NCBI RefSeq assembly: GCF_006345805.1 | Contig: NC_042997.1 | Coordinates: forward strand, 135,532,001-135,596,000 | DNA length: 64,000 bases | Direction: 5' to 3' | Source of the DNA: Octopus sinensis | Lineage: Eukaryota | In this document: piece by piece, positions 13,190-25,222 of the stretch | How the letters are laid out: each line of letters begins with the position of its first letter | How positions within the stretch are numbered: the first letter of the stretch is position 1 | Translations under genes and position numbers: made by a program | The notes under the pieces: generated by a model | The model's input: the letters and a program-made list of their open reading frames with translations, nothing else | What the model was told of the DNA's origin: nothing | Databases searched by the model: none

Positions 13190-13520
13190 TGGTAAGGTGC
13201 AGGTACCCGGTGATTATTGAGGGTCGCCCCGCCATGTGTCATCGGTGCCTGGAGCCTGGCTATATAAAGAAAAACTGTCCCCAGAAACAAAGTAAGGTCA
13301 TGGAGCAGTTGGTTGAGACCTCTGTAGAAGAGGGACTGAAGGCGGAGGACTCCTCAAAGAAGGGCCGCAGGAGGAAGAATGTGAGCAACAATGGGTGCTC
13401 ACCAAAGGATCCTAGGGATGAAGAAGGGGAGGCGAATCTCCCGGTCACGGAGGAGACGCACCCTCCCTCATTTGAAAAGAAAAAAAGAAGAGGAAGAGAA
13501 ACGGGACATTACCGGTAGTC
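13190..13520 (+). pseudogene. ORF1/gag-like zinc-knuckle fragment (probably L1/Tx1-type), preceded by an S2 SINE head
   Basis: CHRCLEPGYIKKNC matches CX2CX4HX4C with H->Y, followed by a K/E/R-rich tail; gcaggggtggctgtgtggtaag immediately upstream. Confidence 0.65.
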
Positions 13521-14211
13521 GATGACATAGTATCGGAATGTCCTGTCAGTTTTTATATATTTTCAGAGTTGTACGTTCTCTATCCTATTTCCATTACGCA
13601 CACACGCACTCACACACACACACCGACACGCACACACATACATACACAAACATTCGCATACCTCCCTTTTTCATTCACACTTCCATACACATATACTCAC
13701 ACAGAGTTAAATAGCTGTTTTTAACCCCCTTCCTTCTCTATTATTCTATTCGACCCTTCCTTTGCCAGTCATATGTTAAGTACCAAAGATATACTCCACG
13801 TTATTCCTTCTCAAACGGTTACTACATTCTCTCACTCTTTAAGTCACGTCTATTTCTCTAACTAACCCTCCTTCACTGTATTACAATTTTCTCTCCTCTC
13901 CCTTCACTGATGCTACCCTTTCTCTTTCTCCGCTCTACTCTTTTACTTGTAGGTAGCTATTTTGTAAACAAAAGAATTTATTTTTTCTTTTTGTTTTTAT
14001 TTTATTTTTGTTTGACATTACCATATCATTAACTTTGAATTAGGTTTGTAGTTATGAATTTTTAGTTCCTTAAGTTTTAATTAGTTAACCTTATTATTTT
14101 TGCTTCTAATTTTTGTTTCATTGAATCTATCTGTCCGGTTTGGCGTTCTAGTGATTTTTCATTCTATTATTATTCTTTCGTTACCGTCTGGGCTATTAAA
14201 GGTCTTTATAT

Positions 14212-14281
<70 letters not shown>

Positions 14282-14301
14282 ATAGGTCATAATTAATCAC
14301 A

Positions 14302-14410
14302 CCAATATGTAAATCCTGACGAGGAATCTAATTATTATTTCAAGAAGAGTTTATCTTTTTTGTCTTTGGAATTAATTAGACTCCGAAAGAATTTGTTGAT
14401 TTTATATTGG
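14302..14410 (+). ncRNA. Type I hammerhead-ribozyme-like motif (degenerate helix III)
   Basis: CTGACGA 14316-14322, helix II 14323-14334/14373-14384, GAAA 14385-14388, helix I 14302-14315/14398-14410. Confidence 0.6.
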
Positions 14411-14508
14411 ATCTGTACCAACGTGGATTATGAATTAAAGATCGTCTACAACTATATTTTTTCCTTTCCTTATACTTCTTATATATATATATATATATAT
14501 ATATACAT

Positions 14509-14890
14509 ACGAGCAAAACGCCCCCCGTCCAATGGACGGTGTTGAGTTGTCAAACATTTAAACCAAATTTTCTCAAAACAACTTGTCCGACCGTCCCATA
14601 GGCCTCCCTTCTGAGAAACACTGATTGAAACTAAATTTGAGACACCACCAAAAGAAGAAATAAAGATAGACTTTTCTATTTAAAAAAAAAACGATTTTAC
14701 AAATGTACGTTCCCACGGCGTTATCGATCGCATTCTCACTGGGAATCGATTTTAGTAATTTTTTAAAGACTTATACACGCCCTGATACCGTCGGTATCTA
14801 CATATCAAATTTGAGCGCAATTGGATGGAGGATGCCCGAGATCCTAGAAGACAGACACACACACACAGAACGGATTTTATATAATAGATA
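14509..14890 (+). mobile_element. Possible non-autonomous Helitron/Helentron-like (DINE/HINE-type) element
   Basis: End ...caaatttgagcgcaattggatg...acagacacacacacacagaacggattttatataatagat resembles the microsatellite-plus-ATAGAT ends of such elements; no coding evidence. Confidence 0.35.
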
Positions 14891-14904
14891 TGTATGTGCA
14901 TGCG

Positions 14905-15065
14905 TGTATGTATTTGTGTGTGTCGTTGTCCCCCACCATCGCTTGGCAACCGATGCTGGTATGTTTACGTCCCCCATAGAATTAGTACTGGGGTCGATAT
15001 GTTAGACTAAAGGTGCTGCCCCATTATGGCCGCAGTCGAATGACTGAAAGAAGTAAAAGAATAAA
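14905..15065 (+). mobile_element. SINE family S2, 3' half
   Basis: gtcccccaccatcgcttggcaaccgatgctggt...ggggtcgat...tatggccgcagtcgaatgactgaaa + A-rich tail. Confidence 0.82.
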
Positions 15066-15068
15066 CAT

Positions 15069-15238
15069 ACATATATGACGGGCTTCTTTTCTGCTTTCAT
15101 CTACCAAATCCACTCACAAGGCTTTGGTCGGTCTGAGGCTATAGTAGAAGATTCTTGCCCAATGTGCCACGCAGTGGGACTGCCCTCGGAACTATGTGTT
15201 TGAGAAGCAAGCATTTTGCCACACAGCCATGCCTGCAC
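15069..15238 (-). mobile_element. SINE family S2, 5' (tRNA-like) half
   Basis: Reverse complement starts gcaggcatggctgtgtggcaaaatgcttgc and ends aagaagcccgtcatatat. Confidence 0.8.
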
Positions 15239-15257
15239 CTTATATATCTATAAGTTC

Positions 15258-15291
<34 letters not shown>

Positions 15292-15292
<1 letters not shown>

Positions 15293-15660
15293 GAGGCGCA
15301 ATGGCCCACAGGTTAGGGCAGCGGACTCGCGGTTTCGATTCCCAGACCGAGCGTTGTGAGTGTTTATTGAGCGAAAACACCTAAAAGCTCCACGAGGCTC
15401 CGGTAGGGGATGGTGGTGATCCCTGCTGTACTCTTTCACCACAAACTTTCTCTCACTCTTACTTCCTGTTTCTGTTGTACCTGTATTTAAAGGGGCCGGC
15501 CTTGTCACTCTCTGTGTCACGCTGAATATCCCCGAGAACTACGTTAAGGGTGCACGTGTCTGTGGAGTTCTCAGCCACTTACACGTTAATTTCACGAGCA
15601 GGCTGTTCCGTTGATTCGGATCAACCGGAACCCTCATCGTCGTAACCGACGGAGTGCTTC
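15292..15660 (+). mobile_element. tRNA-derived SINE family S3 (tail type a)
   Basis: Head ggaggcgcaatggccc..ggttagggcagcggactcgcggt, B-box GGTTTCGATTCCC; shares ~170 bp with 52149-52326. Confidence 0.85.
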
Positions 15661-15754
15661 CTTTCCCTATATATATATGTATGTATGTATATATGTACAT
15701 ATGTATATGTATATTAATTAGACTCCGTGTGTATGTATTTATGTATGTCATTGT

Positions 15755-16640
15755 TCAGTTTTATTTCAAGATTTCTTGCCAATTGAGAAAGAGCCGGTTT
15801 CTAACCTAGATCCAAGGACCCTTCATTGGAATTTCAGCATCAACAACAGGCAAGTTTTATTTGGATGCATATGTACAGATTTGTATACTTTGATTTATGC
15901 ATGAATTCTGTTGTATATAGTTGCATATCTAAAAATGCTCATATATATCTAAATGATAAACTTCTGGAAAGTTTCAGATTTTCACAGCTCCAGTGATGGA
16001 TTGGATTTGTAGTCTTCGGATTATCTTTCTCCTTTCTGGTATTGAGAAGCCTAATTTCACAAGATTGGTATTTAGGCAGTACCTTGAATGTCTCAAGACC
16101 CCAATAATTACATGCGTAAACCTGAACTTGTAATCTGGATAGAGTAACTGCAGAGTTCTTAATAATTCAGCGTAGATATTCTCTTTCTCATTGATCTTCA
16201 GCTTTATGTTAACATCTGCTTGGCAGCTAATTTCCACAGCTGTACATAGTTTCTCCTCTCTTCCCTAAATGATTATATCAGGTCTGTTACCCTTACATTT
16301 CATTGAGGTCACTGGAACAATCCACCAGTACTCCTTTTTATTCTGAGTGAATATGGCTTCTACCATATTGTCCTCAGAATTATCCTTCCAACAGATTTCA
16401 TTATAGAGTGCCCTAGCTACAACATCATGTCTCATCGGTAGACATACCGAGATTACATTTTCAGACAACTGCTTATGATGTGGGTGATATCATCGGTATT
16501 AACTTCCCAAAGTCTGCATCAGTTGTCACATTTTACTGCTTTTCCTGCATCTCTATCCCTTTTGTGCATCAGGTATTTGGTCGATATTTCTGGTACCTAG
16601 ATTGCAAACGCATACCCTTGGCCCATGATATATTGCTTTG
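15755..16640 (-). mobile_element. 3' fragment of a restriction-like-endonuclease (R4/Dong-like) LINE plus 3' UTR
   Basis: LPMRHDVVAR, NRPDIII, EISCQADVN..KENIY: the RHD / PD..E motifs of RLE non-LTR elements. Confidence 0.8.
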
Positions 16641-17229
16641 ATGATTAATATTATTATTATGTTTATATATATATCTATGTTTATATATATATATATCTTT
16701 GTATGTGTCTATATTAATGTACTACTTCCATGTGAAATGCAGACATGTCAGAAATAGATTTTAATAGGGAATTAACTAACTTGAGAGTCGGCAAATCTCA
16801 ACCTATCACCAAACTTGATTGATTTCTTTCATATCATATTATATGATTGAATCATTTCTAACATAACACATTACATCCTAATCTAATTTTCTGTGAATCG
16901 GTTACATGCATATAGGAAGTTCGTTGTTGTTAACAATCTAAGTACTATAAAGGCAGGTCTTAGGTGTCTTGAGATTAAGGCGTCGTTTATTCAGATGGAA
17001 AGCAAACAATGCTAAAACGTACTTTTAGAAATTTGTTGATATATACATGTGCATATATAGCATTAATTATGTTTATCCACTCCCAATACTCTCCACATTA
17101 GCCTAATTCAAGTCGAATCGTTATTTAAGCCTTTAGATGCAGATATGCCACTCATCTACATCAGGGATATCTAAGAAAGGAATTAACAAAACGAAGGTGA
17201 ATTTATATCGCCCTTTGAATTCAGAAGTA

Positions 17230-17804
17230 TTGGGTTGTCCGGAAAGTTCGTGCCGATTTTTAAAGGAAAGAAAAAGGTCAATAAATACTTGCCATTACCC
17301 AAGTTTTACCAGGTGCTCATGAACGACGGATTTTGATAGGTTGAGGCTTTCTGCCAAATCTCGGGTTGCGCAATGTGGGTTCTTCTCAATTAATGACTTG
17401 ATTTGGTCATCATCTGTAGTGGATGGTCTGCCTGATCGCTCCTTACCAATAAGGCTACAATCTCCAGCTCGGAACCTTGCGAATCACTTCTGTACAGTTT
17501 TTTCGGATAAAGAAACATCGCCGTAAACTACGCATATTTCTTTGGTTGTTTGTGAGGCATTTTTCCCTTTACGGAAAAAGAAAAGCATCAAGTGCCGAAA
17601 ATGAATTTTCTTATTTTCTATTTTAAAGGGTTACAGAATTAACTCAGGTTATAGGAACATAAACCTTCTTCTACGAAAAGATAACTTAAACTGTGCTCTA
17701 AATGGAGGGGTGTAGTCAAATTCTATTATATGGATTCAAGCATGTTCTGAAACAAGTCGAAAGGTAAGCTATTATAAATCGGCACGGATTTCCGGACAAT
17801 CTAA
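17230..17804 (-). mobile_element. Internally deleted mariner retaining the N-terminal HTH region
   Basis: TIRs ttgggttgtccggaaagttcgtgccgattt / aaatcggcacggatttccggacaatctaa, TA TSDs; minus strand HFRHLMLFFFRKGKNA..RSGRP..HEHLVKLG. Confidence 0.9.
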
Positions 17805-18035
17805 TAAATTTGTAATTTAGTCATGTTCATTTATATGTATTCTTAATTTGTTTCAGTATTACCTCAGATCCCCAATAAAATAAAAGAGCATCCAAAGCAT
17901 TAACTGTGTTTATCCAAATAATGTGTCTTTAAATATTTGAATCAACAATATTAATTAGTTTTTTAATGGCTTCTTGTTAAATAATAAGTTGTCACCAAGA
18001 AATGCAGATTCGGTGTCAATAAATAGTATAAGTAA

Positions 18036-18260
18036 AGCGGCGAGCTGACTTTAAGGCATTGAGCTTGCAAAATCGTCAGTACGCCAGGCAAAATACTTGG
18101 CGGCATTTCGTCCGTCTTTAAGTTCTGAGTTCTAATTCTCCCTAGTAATTTACCTTTCATTCTTTCGGGATCGATAAAATAAACACCAAGTGAACATTGG
18201 GGCCGACGTAATCAACTTATCCCCTCCCACGAAATTGCTGGCCTTGTACCAAAATTTGAA
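18036..18260 (+). mobile_element. Diverged S1-type SINE with alternative tail
   Basis: gcggcgagct..catttcgtccgtctttaagttctgagttc..gataaaataa..gctggccttgtaccaaaatttgaa; similar copies at 19947-20130 and 54532-54715. Confidence 0.75.
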
Positions 18261-21200
18261 TTCAATAGATAGTATTAAAAAAGACAGATCGACGGTCCAC
18301 ACACCATCAACTGCACACCGACCGTATTTTATGCTTTTTAAGTTTGTTTAGTCGTAAATAAATACCAACATTTGATACAACAATTATATAATGAGGGAGT
18401 GTAATCAGAACCGTAAATGAAACAGTTTCATTTCAATAGTTTAACTTTTACGGCGAATTGAACTCGAACATGATAAGTTGTAATACGCAGTAAGTTTTCC
18501 AGATTATAGACAGTTTGCAGTTCGTAAATATGTGTTAATAACGATCTATTTCTCATTTTATAAATCAAGAAGTAATCAGCATTTAAAAATCTACGAAGAA
18601 AAAAGTTACTATATGCACAAACTTTGGGCATATAATTATTAGTAAACTATTTGCAGTGAAGTGTCCTAATAATGTTACACTTTTCATATTATTTGCTGTG
18701 TGGGTTCATGCTAACTGTTTCCAAATGATGAACAATTAAGTCATAACCAACGTTTCCTAATAGATTATATGAAATGACTCCGATGAGATGACAGCAAAGT
18801 AGTATCCGTGGGAACCTGATTTTAAAACACGCAAGAACGACACAGAATATTATATCTTTGTATGGCAATTTGCCATTTCTGTTAAATTAATGCTTTATTT
18901 TATTCAAAATTTCTTTTGGTCAATAAAGAAAAGCGAAAAAACACATATTCAGGTTATGTTACCAAGCGTCTTAGAATATTTACGTCGCACTTTTACTTTT
19001 CCTCATACAAAGAGACAAAGTAATATTTACATAATTTAATTAGTTTATTCGACTATATTTTACTCCTGAAAAAGACGCAGGTCGTCTTCATTCGAAAGGT
19101 TAAACTTTTCTATGAAATTGTATATACATTTCTTCTGACGTGATTCCACACGTAAGATTACTCAGAAATTTATGTATCCATATATATATACATGAATGTG
19201 TGTGTACGTATGTGGGTGTGCATATGTGGGTGTATGTCTGTGAGTGTGTATGTATGTGTGCGTTCCCGCGCGCGTGTGTGTCTGAGTGTCTATTTCTGTA
19301 GTCATTTGGCAAAGCTTCATGTGAATCAGTATTTCTATAGAAGCTAATTGTGTAACCTGACGCAAATGAAAGCAAACAGTTCAGAACCATTACTTGAAAG
19401 AATATAATCGAAGACTATATATAGTATAATCGAGATCGTGTAGTCTATTTTATGTTTCAGGTGAGAACATCGAAGTTAGCTACTTAGAAGTTTTATTTAT
19501 AAAGAACTCAACTAGAGTCGAGATTCTTGGTGTAAATGTTGAATATGTTATTCTATCACCAGCCATAATTCACTGTTTCATTTTGTAGAAAACTACATAT
19601 AGAACAATTGTCAGAAACTAAATATTTAGCAAACAATATAACACAGCAGCATGCTTTCTATTGCATTCCGCTTCCTAAAATAAATAGGCTTTCTTTCTGT
19701 CGTCAAATGAAGCAAAAATTACTTTACTTAGCACGAAAATTGACCAAAAGAAGAAACGATTGGAATCTCTACTTTATTAATGCCAAACACTTCAAGGTAG
19801 ATTTTGCTTTTACTTTTAATGGTTGCTAAATTTTAATGATTGCAAATAATATTCTAGAGTTGATTCCATCAATTATGTGACATACCCAACTAAAAATAGT
19901 CATTATAACCAGCTTTTAAAGAAATGAGTGTTATATTACACATCAAGACGGCGAGGTGGCAAAATCGACAGCAGACCAATCAAAATGCTTAGCTTTATTT
20001 CGTCCTTCTTTACGTTCTGAGCTCTAATCACCCCGCGCTGAACCTTGCCGTTGATCTCTTCGGTGTGGATAAAATAAGTACCAGATGAACACAGGGGTCG
20101 GTATAATCGGCTTTGTGCCAGACTTTGTGCCAAGTAACGTCACTTTCCGTGCTTTAGCTTCGTTACTATGGCAACAATCCAGATACTTATTCATCAGACA
20201 ACGTACTTAAGCATCAAAACATTCATAGTTTTTATTATACACAACTCACTATAATGATAAACAGTTGGAAATTATCGTTAAAGTTCGGTACTTTGTAAAA
20301 AAATATTTTCTTGGTTCTGGTTTCACTTCAGATTTTACGAATTTGCTAAAACAAAAAGAATGAGCAAATGAAATGATATAAGTTTATTTGATGAGTGAAT
20401 ATTTTTCGGTCCATAATGTCTTGCAGATTTAGTTAGACATCATTTGTAATTCTACGAATATCAGTTTGCCTACCTGTCAAGAACATATCCTCATTCAACT
20501 ACTGAGAATATATTTATTAAACAGAAGCCACCTAGGAACAATTCTTTTCTATGGCTCCTTTAACGTCACGGCACAAAAGTTAATAAAGCTAAAGCTTTTA
20601 AGATGCTAGAAAACATTTTCCTCATTCAATGATAAATCTCGTATACGATGAAAGAACAATAAACCTAACTGGTCTTTTCTGGCATGTTAAAAATTCTCAT
20701 TACAATTAGATCATTACTGATGATGTGTTTAAACTATAAGAATGCCATGAAACTGTTTTAAGTTAGAATAATTCTACAATGGAAAGAAAGCCTACGGTCA
20801 ACAAAGTTGATTAGAGTAAAGAAAAAAACGCATTGGAATTAAAAAAATAATTAAAAACTCATTATTATAATCATTATCTCGACAATGAAATGTAGGATCA
20901 ATAGCTTTAAAGCAAAGACTTCGATTTCTCTCAATATACATGCATAAGAGTGCCTTGTAGTAAAACATCTGTAGATGAGTGGTTGAACAATTGCTGTATT
21001 GTTAGATATGATTTATTTGTTTCCGTAAAAGATATTTATATCTCTCGACGATTAATCATAATCGATTCTGAGCGATACTGAATGGTAATGGTTATAATTT
21101 ACAACGTTATGATTGATAGATAATAATGCTGACAAAAAATTTTCAACATTTCTATAACCTTCTTATATGAAAAACTTTTCACAAGTTCCACCAACGTCGG

Positions 21201-21504
21201 ATATTCTCCATAAAATCGTTTCGTTATAAGCCAAATACCCATACAATAAGCATATGTGTGTATGAACGTAAGTGTGTCTGTATTCCTTTATGTGACGGGG
21301 AGGTCTGTATGCGTATGGGTGTGAGGGTGGGGGTGTATATGTAATTGTCTATATTTTATCTAACTGTATTGGTTCCTCACTGTAAGTAACAACTGAAGAC
21401 ATATCTGCATTTCTGCTATTTCCTATATGCCTTGAGATATATTTCTACTTTAAAATTCTATCTGAAAATTATTCTGTTTTATATTTATTAAATTTAAACA
21501 TATT

Positions 21505-21729
<225 letters not shown>

Positions 21730-21738
21730 CGACGGTCT

Positions 21739-22071
21739 TCTCATCCGAAACAAAATCCAAGTTCAGTTGTAGAATCTGAAAATACAAAATTTAACAACGA
21801 TTTCTTTGCAATTCATGTCATATCTAACTTTCTTCGTTGTGGTAATCAGGATTACTATATTATTCAACAATTTAATTTTTATTTTTATTGTTATAATATG
21901 CATTATGTAATGCTTAAATTTATAACAATAAAAATTTAATATAATATGCATTGTTGAATAATATAGTAATCATGATTACCACAACGAAGAAAGTTAGATA
22001 TGACATGAAATCTTTGTTAATTTTCTATTTTCAGATTCTAAAACTGAACTTGGATTCTGTTTCGGATGAGA
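21739..22071. repeat. Foldback palindrome / MITE-like element
   Basis: Arms 21739-21871 and 21950-22071, ~95% complementary apart from a 10-bp indel; spacer has further inverted repeats. Confidence 0.9.
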
Positions 22072-22484
22072 CTTCTGTATCTTAATTATATAGCATTTCT
22101 GAACCAAATCCTAATATGGTTAACATGACTAGTTATGCAGTCAAATTTGTTTATTTGCAAATAATAAATATACTTTAATCAACATTGAAGGAAAGAAAAT
22201 GAGATACAGTGATTTTAGTCATGGAATATACCACAAACATTTTTTTCTGCTATAATTAAAATGAAATTCAAATAGGAATTGTAATTTGAAAATCAGCAGG
22301 ATATAAAAACACAGAAAAAATTCACACAAGTCTTACTTAGCTATTTCAAAATATAGGTTATACTGGGCTGCTTAAGAAAAGCTATCATGCAAAATTCATA
22401 GAAATTTAGTGAAATGTATCATGTATATTTATTGTCTGATCTGTATGTATGTATCTAGCTGTTCTTCTCTCTCATTTCTCTCTC

Positions 22485-22488
22485 TATC

Positions 22489-22522
<34 letters not shown>

Positions 22523-22622
22523 TCTCTCTCTCTCCATATATGTATATATATATAGCTTTCCCTCTCTATCTATCTATCTATCTCTCTCTCTCCATATATG
22601 TATATATATATAGCTTTCCCTC

Positions 22623-22660
<38 letters not shown>

Positions 22661-22730
22661 CCCCTACCCTCACTCTCTCTCGTTTATATATATATATATA
22701 CATACATAAATATATATATATATATAAGAG
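22485..22730. repeat. (TC)n/(TATC)n tract with a 58-bp tandem duplication
   Basis: tctccatatatgtatatatatatagctttccctctctatc at ~22531 and ~22589. Confidence 0.8.
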
Positions 22731-22929
22731 AAAAATACTTTATATGTGATAAATAGACTGAAAAAGAGTTACATTGACATCACTCGAGCCGTGGGGTCCG
22801 AGTGGCGGTCATTCCAATCCTTCATTAATTTTCTCTTATCTTTTTTCATTCGCTATTTTCCCCCACATTTGTGTTTTTGTTTGTACTGTCCCGTCTGTAT
22901 TTGTACTGTCCCCGCTATATTTAGTCCAT

Positions 22930-24020
22930 TGTGGACAATGAAGAATTCATTCGTAATTTGAACGCATCAGGTATGACCCGATTGTCAGCACTATGTATCG
23001 CCTGCAACAGAGATACAACACCAACATAACTGCAGACCGTACCCTCAGAAGTCACCCCGGGTGATCACGCCCAGGCAGGACCGTTTCATTTACCTGCAAC
23101 ATCTCCGTCATCGCTTCAGACCGGCCAGCGTGACAGCGGGCAAGACTACCAGAATATGTAACAACGACACATAGACTGTGGTCAAAATGCATCCACGAAA
23201 TTGATTTTATCAGATTTATCAAAATGACAGCGGGCAAGACCATTGGCACTGGAGAGCCACCCATCGGCGACGGCATGGTGCTGGCTGCCAACAACCTATG
23301 CTGCCGTCGTCCTGCTCGGGGGCTTGTCCTCACCGCCGCCAACGTCAGGAACGACTACAGTGGGCAACACAGCACCGACATTGGCGGCATCAACAATGGA
23401 GGTCGATAGTCTTCTCTGACAACAGCCAGTTTCCGCCTCGGATGGCAGAGTGAAGGTGTGGCGTAGTAGGGGATGAATGTTACAGAGACGCGTGGGGATG
23501 GCCAAAACATTATGGTTTGGGATGCTATAGGCGTGAATCGGAGAATTGTGCATCATGTGTTCCAAAATGTTGGTGCAGGCAAAGGGAATGGCATCAAAGC
23601 GCAGCGCTACGTTTACCAGATCCTAAGACCTCACATCGTGCCCTTCTTCTCGCGTCATCATAGTCACATGTTCCAGCAGGACAATACTCCCTTCCACACG
23701 GCCAGGGTTACTCTGGATTTCCTGCGTCAGCACACCAGAATCGTGCCGCAGCCGGCTGTCAGGCCGGATTTGTAGTTCTGTGGGTTGTGATCCAGAGACG
23801 GCCGAAGCAAATACGGTGTAAGATCGTTTTCAACACCCACGGTATTGAACATGTCACGCCCTACAATTTCGATTTTTGGATCCGCCTACTACCAGAACAT
23901 GTAAAAACGCATCCACGAAATTGATTTTATCAGATTTATCAAAATTTACCTCTGACATAATCAAATTGATACATATTTCACAGTCACACACAACTCTCGT
24001 TCCTTTTGCAGTTCAGTATA
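22930..24020 (+). mobile_element. Degenerate Tc1-family transposon
   Basis: PRVITPRQDRFIYLQHLRHRF, IVFSD, GQNIMVWDAIG, MFQQDNTPFHTARVT; right end ttccttttgcagttcagTA. Left TIR not found. Confidence 0.85.
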
Positions 24021-24025
24021 TATAT

Positions 24026-24132
<107 letters not shown>

Positions 24133-24198
24133 TTCGCCATGATTGATCGCAGCCACTAATGTTTTTATTTTTTATTTTCTCTGTTTATTTCCGTGTTC

Positions 24199-24234
24199 CT
24201 TTCTGTTGAAGAGCGTATGCTCGAAACGTAAAAG
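24199..24234 (+). ncRNA. Minimal type I hammerhead-like motif
   Basis: cttt-CTGTTGA-A-GAGC(gtat)GCTC-GAAA-CGT-A-aaag. Confidence 0.5.
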
Positions 24235-24348
24235 ACTTTCTCACTTCCCGAGCATTAAATTAATACATCTGTTTGTTGTTTACTCACCCGTCTTTTGCTT
24301 TGTTTGTTTTTCTTTTGTAAATTCCAACTATACACACACAAATATATA

Positions 24349-24417
<69 letters not shown>

Positions 24418-24480
24418 ATTTTTTTCTGTATTGAGATAACAAACAAAGACTGTAGATTTTAGAGCATTTTTAAATAGAAT

Positions 24481-24528
24481 GTCTTACAGCTGTTTCTAGG
24501 ATATTTATTATATCCCTTCATCGGAGAC
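24481..24528 (-). ncRNA. Minimal type I hammerhead-like motif with palindromic helix III
   Basis: Minus strand gtct-CCGATGA-AG-GGATAT(aataa)ATATCC-TA-GAAA-CAGCTG-TA-agac. Confidence 0.5.
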
Positions 24529-24977
24529 GGTGTGAGATGATGGTTAAGGATACACACACATATATATGTATAAACATATACATATATACATATCTTTCTT
24601 ATCTCTCTATCAATCTAACTACATACATTTCTATAAATATATATATATATATTGTATGTGTGTGCGTGGCTGTGTGTGTGTGCACGCGGGTGTGTGTGTG
24701 CGTGTGTGCATGTTTGTACATATACATATCACATATATGTATTCAAATAACAGGTAATATTTTCCCTGATGGCATGCTAATTATGCAGAAATGATGAGAC
24801 TTTTATATTATACTTCCTTCCTCGAAGCGTAGATTATTTCAATAAATGAAGGCTTTATGTTGTACCAACATACTTCTCTTGTTTTTTGTTTTCTATATTC
24901 ATGTCTCTTGTCCCTCTGCGATTGAAACATCGAAAAAGAATCTACATACCTTTGTATGTAGAGTTAGTTCAACATTT

Positions 24978-25222
24978 ACACAGCACCGTCATTAGCGGCA
25001 TCAACAATGGAGGTCGATGAGAGCCAGCACTACGTTTCCACCTCGGATGGCAAAATGAGGGTGTGCCGTAGGAGTGGGTGAATGCTGCAAAGAACGCATG
25101 TGCCATGGAGAGAGACGCGTGGGGTGGCCAAAACATCATGGTTTGGTATGCTATCGGACTGAATCAGAGAATTGGTCCCCACGTGTTCCAAAATGTTGGT
25201 GCAGACAGAGGGAATTGCCTAT
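24978..25222 (+). mobile_element. Second Tc1 transposase fragment (same family)
   Basis: Colinear with 23367-23590 (GQNIMVW..FQNVGA) but with different indels. Confidence 0.85.

Noticed and set aside
19453-19590. Possible exon after tttatgtttcag
   Set aside because: One frame is open for ~42 codons but there is no convincing donor or recognisable product.
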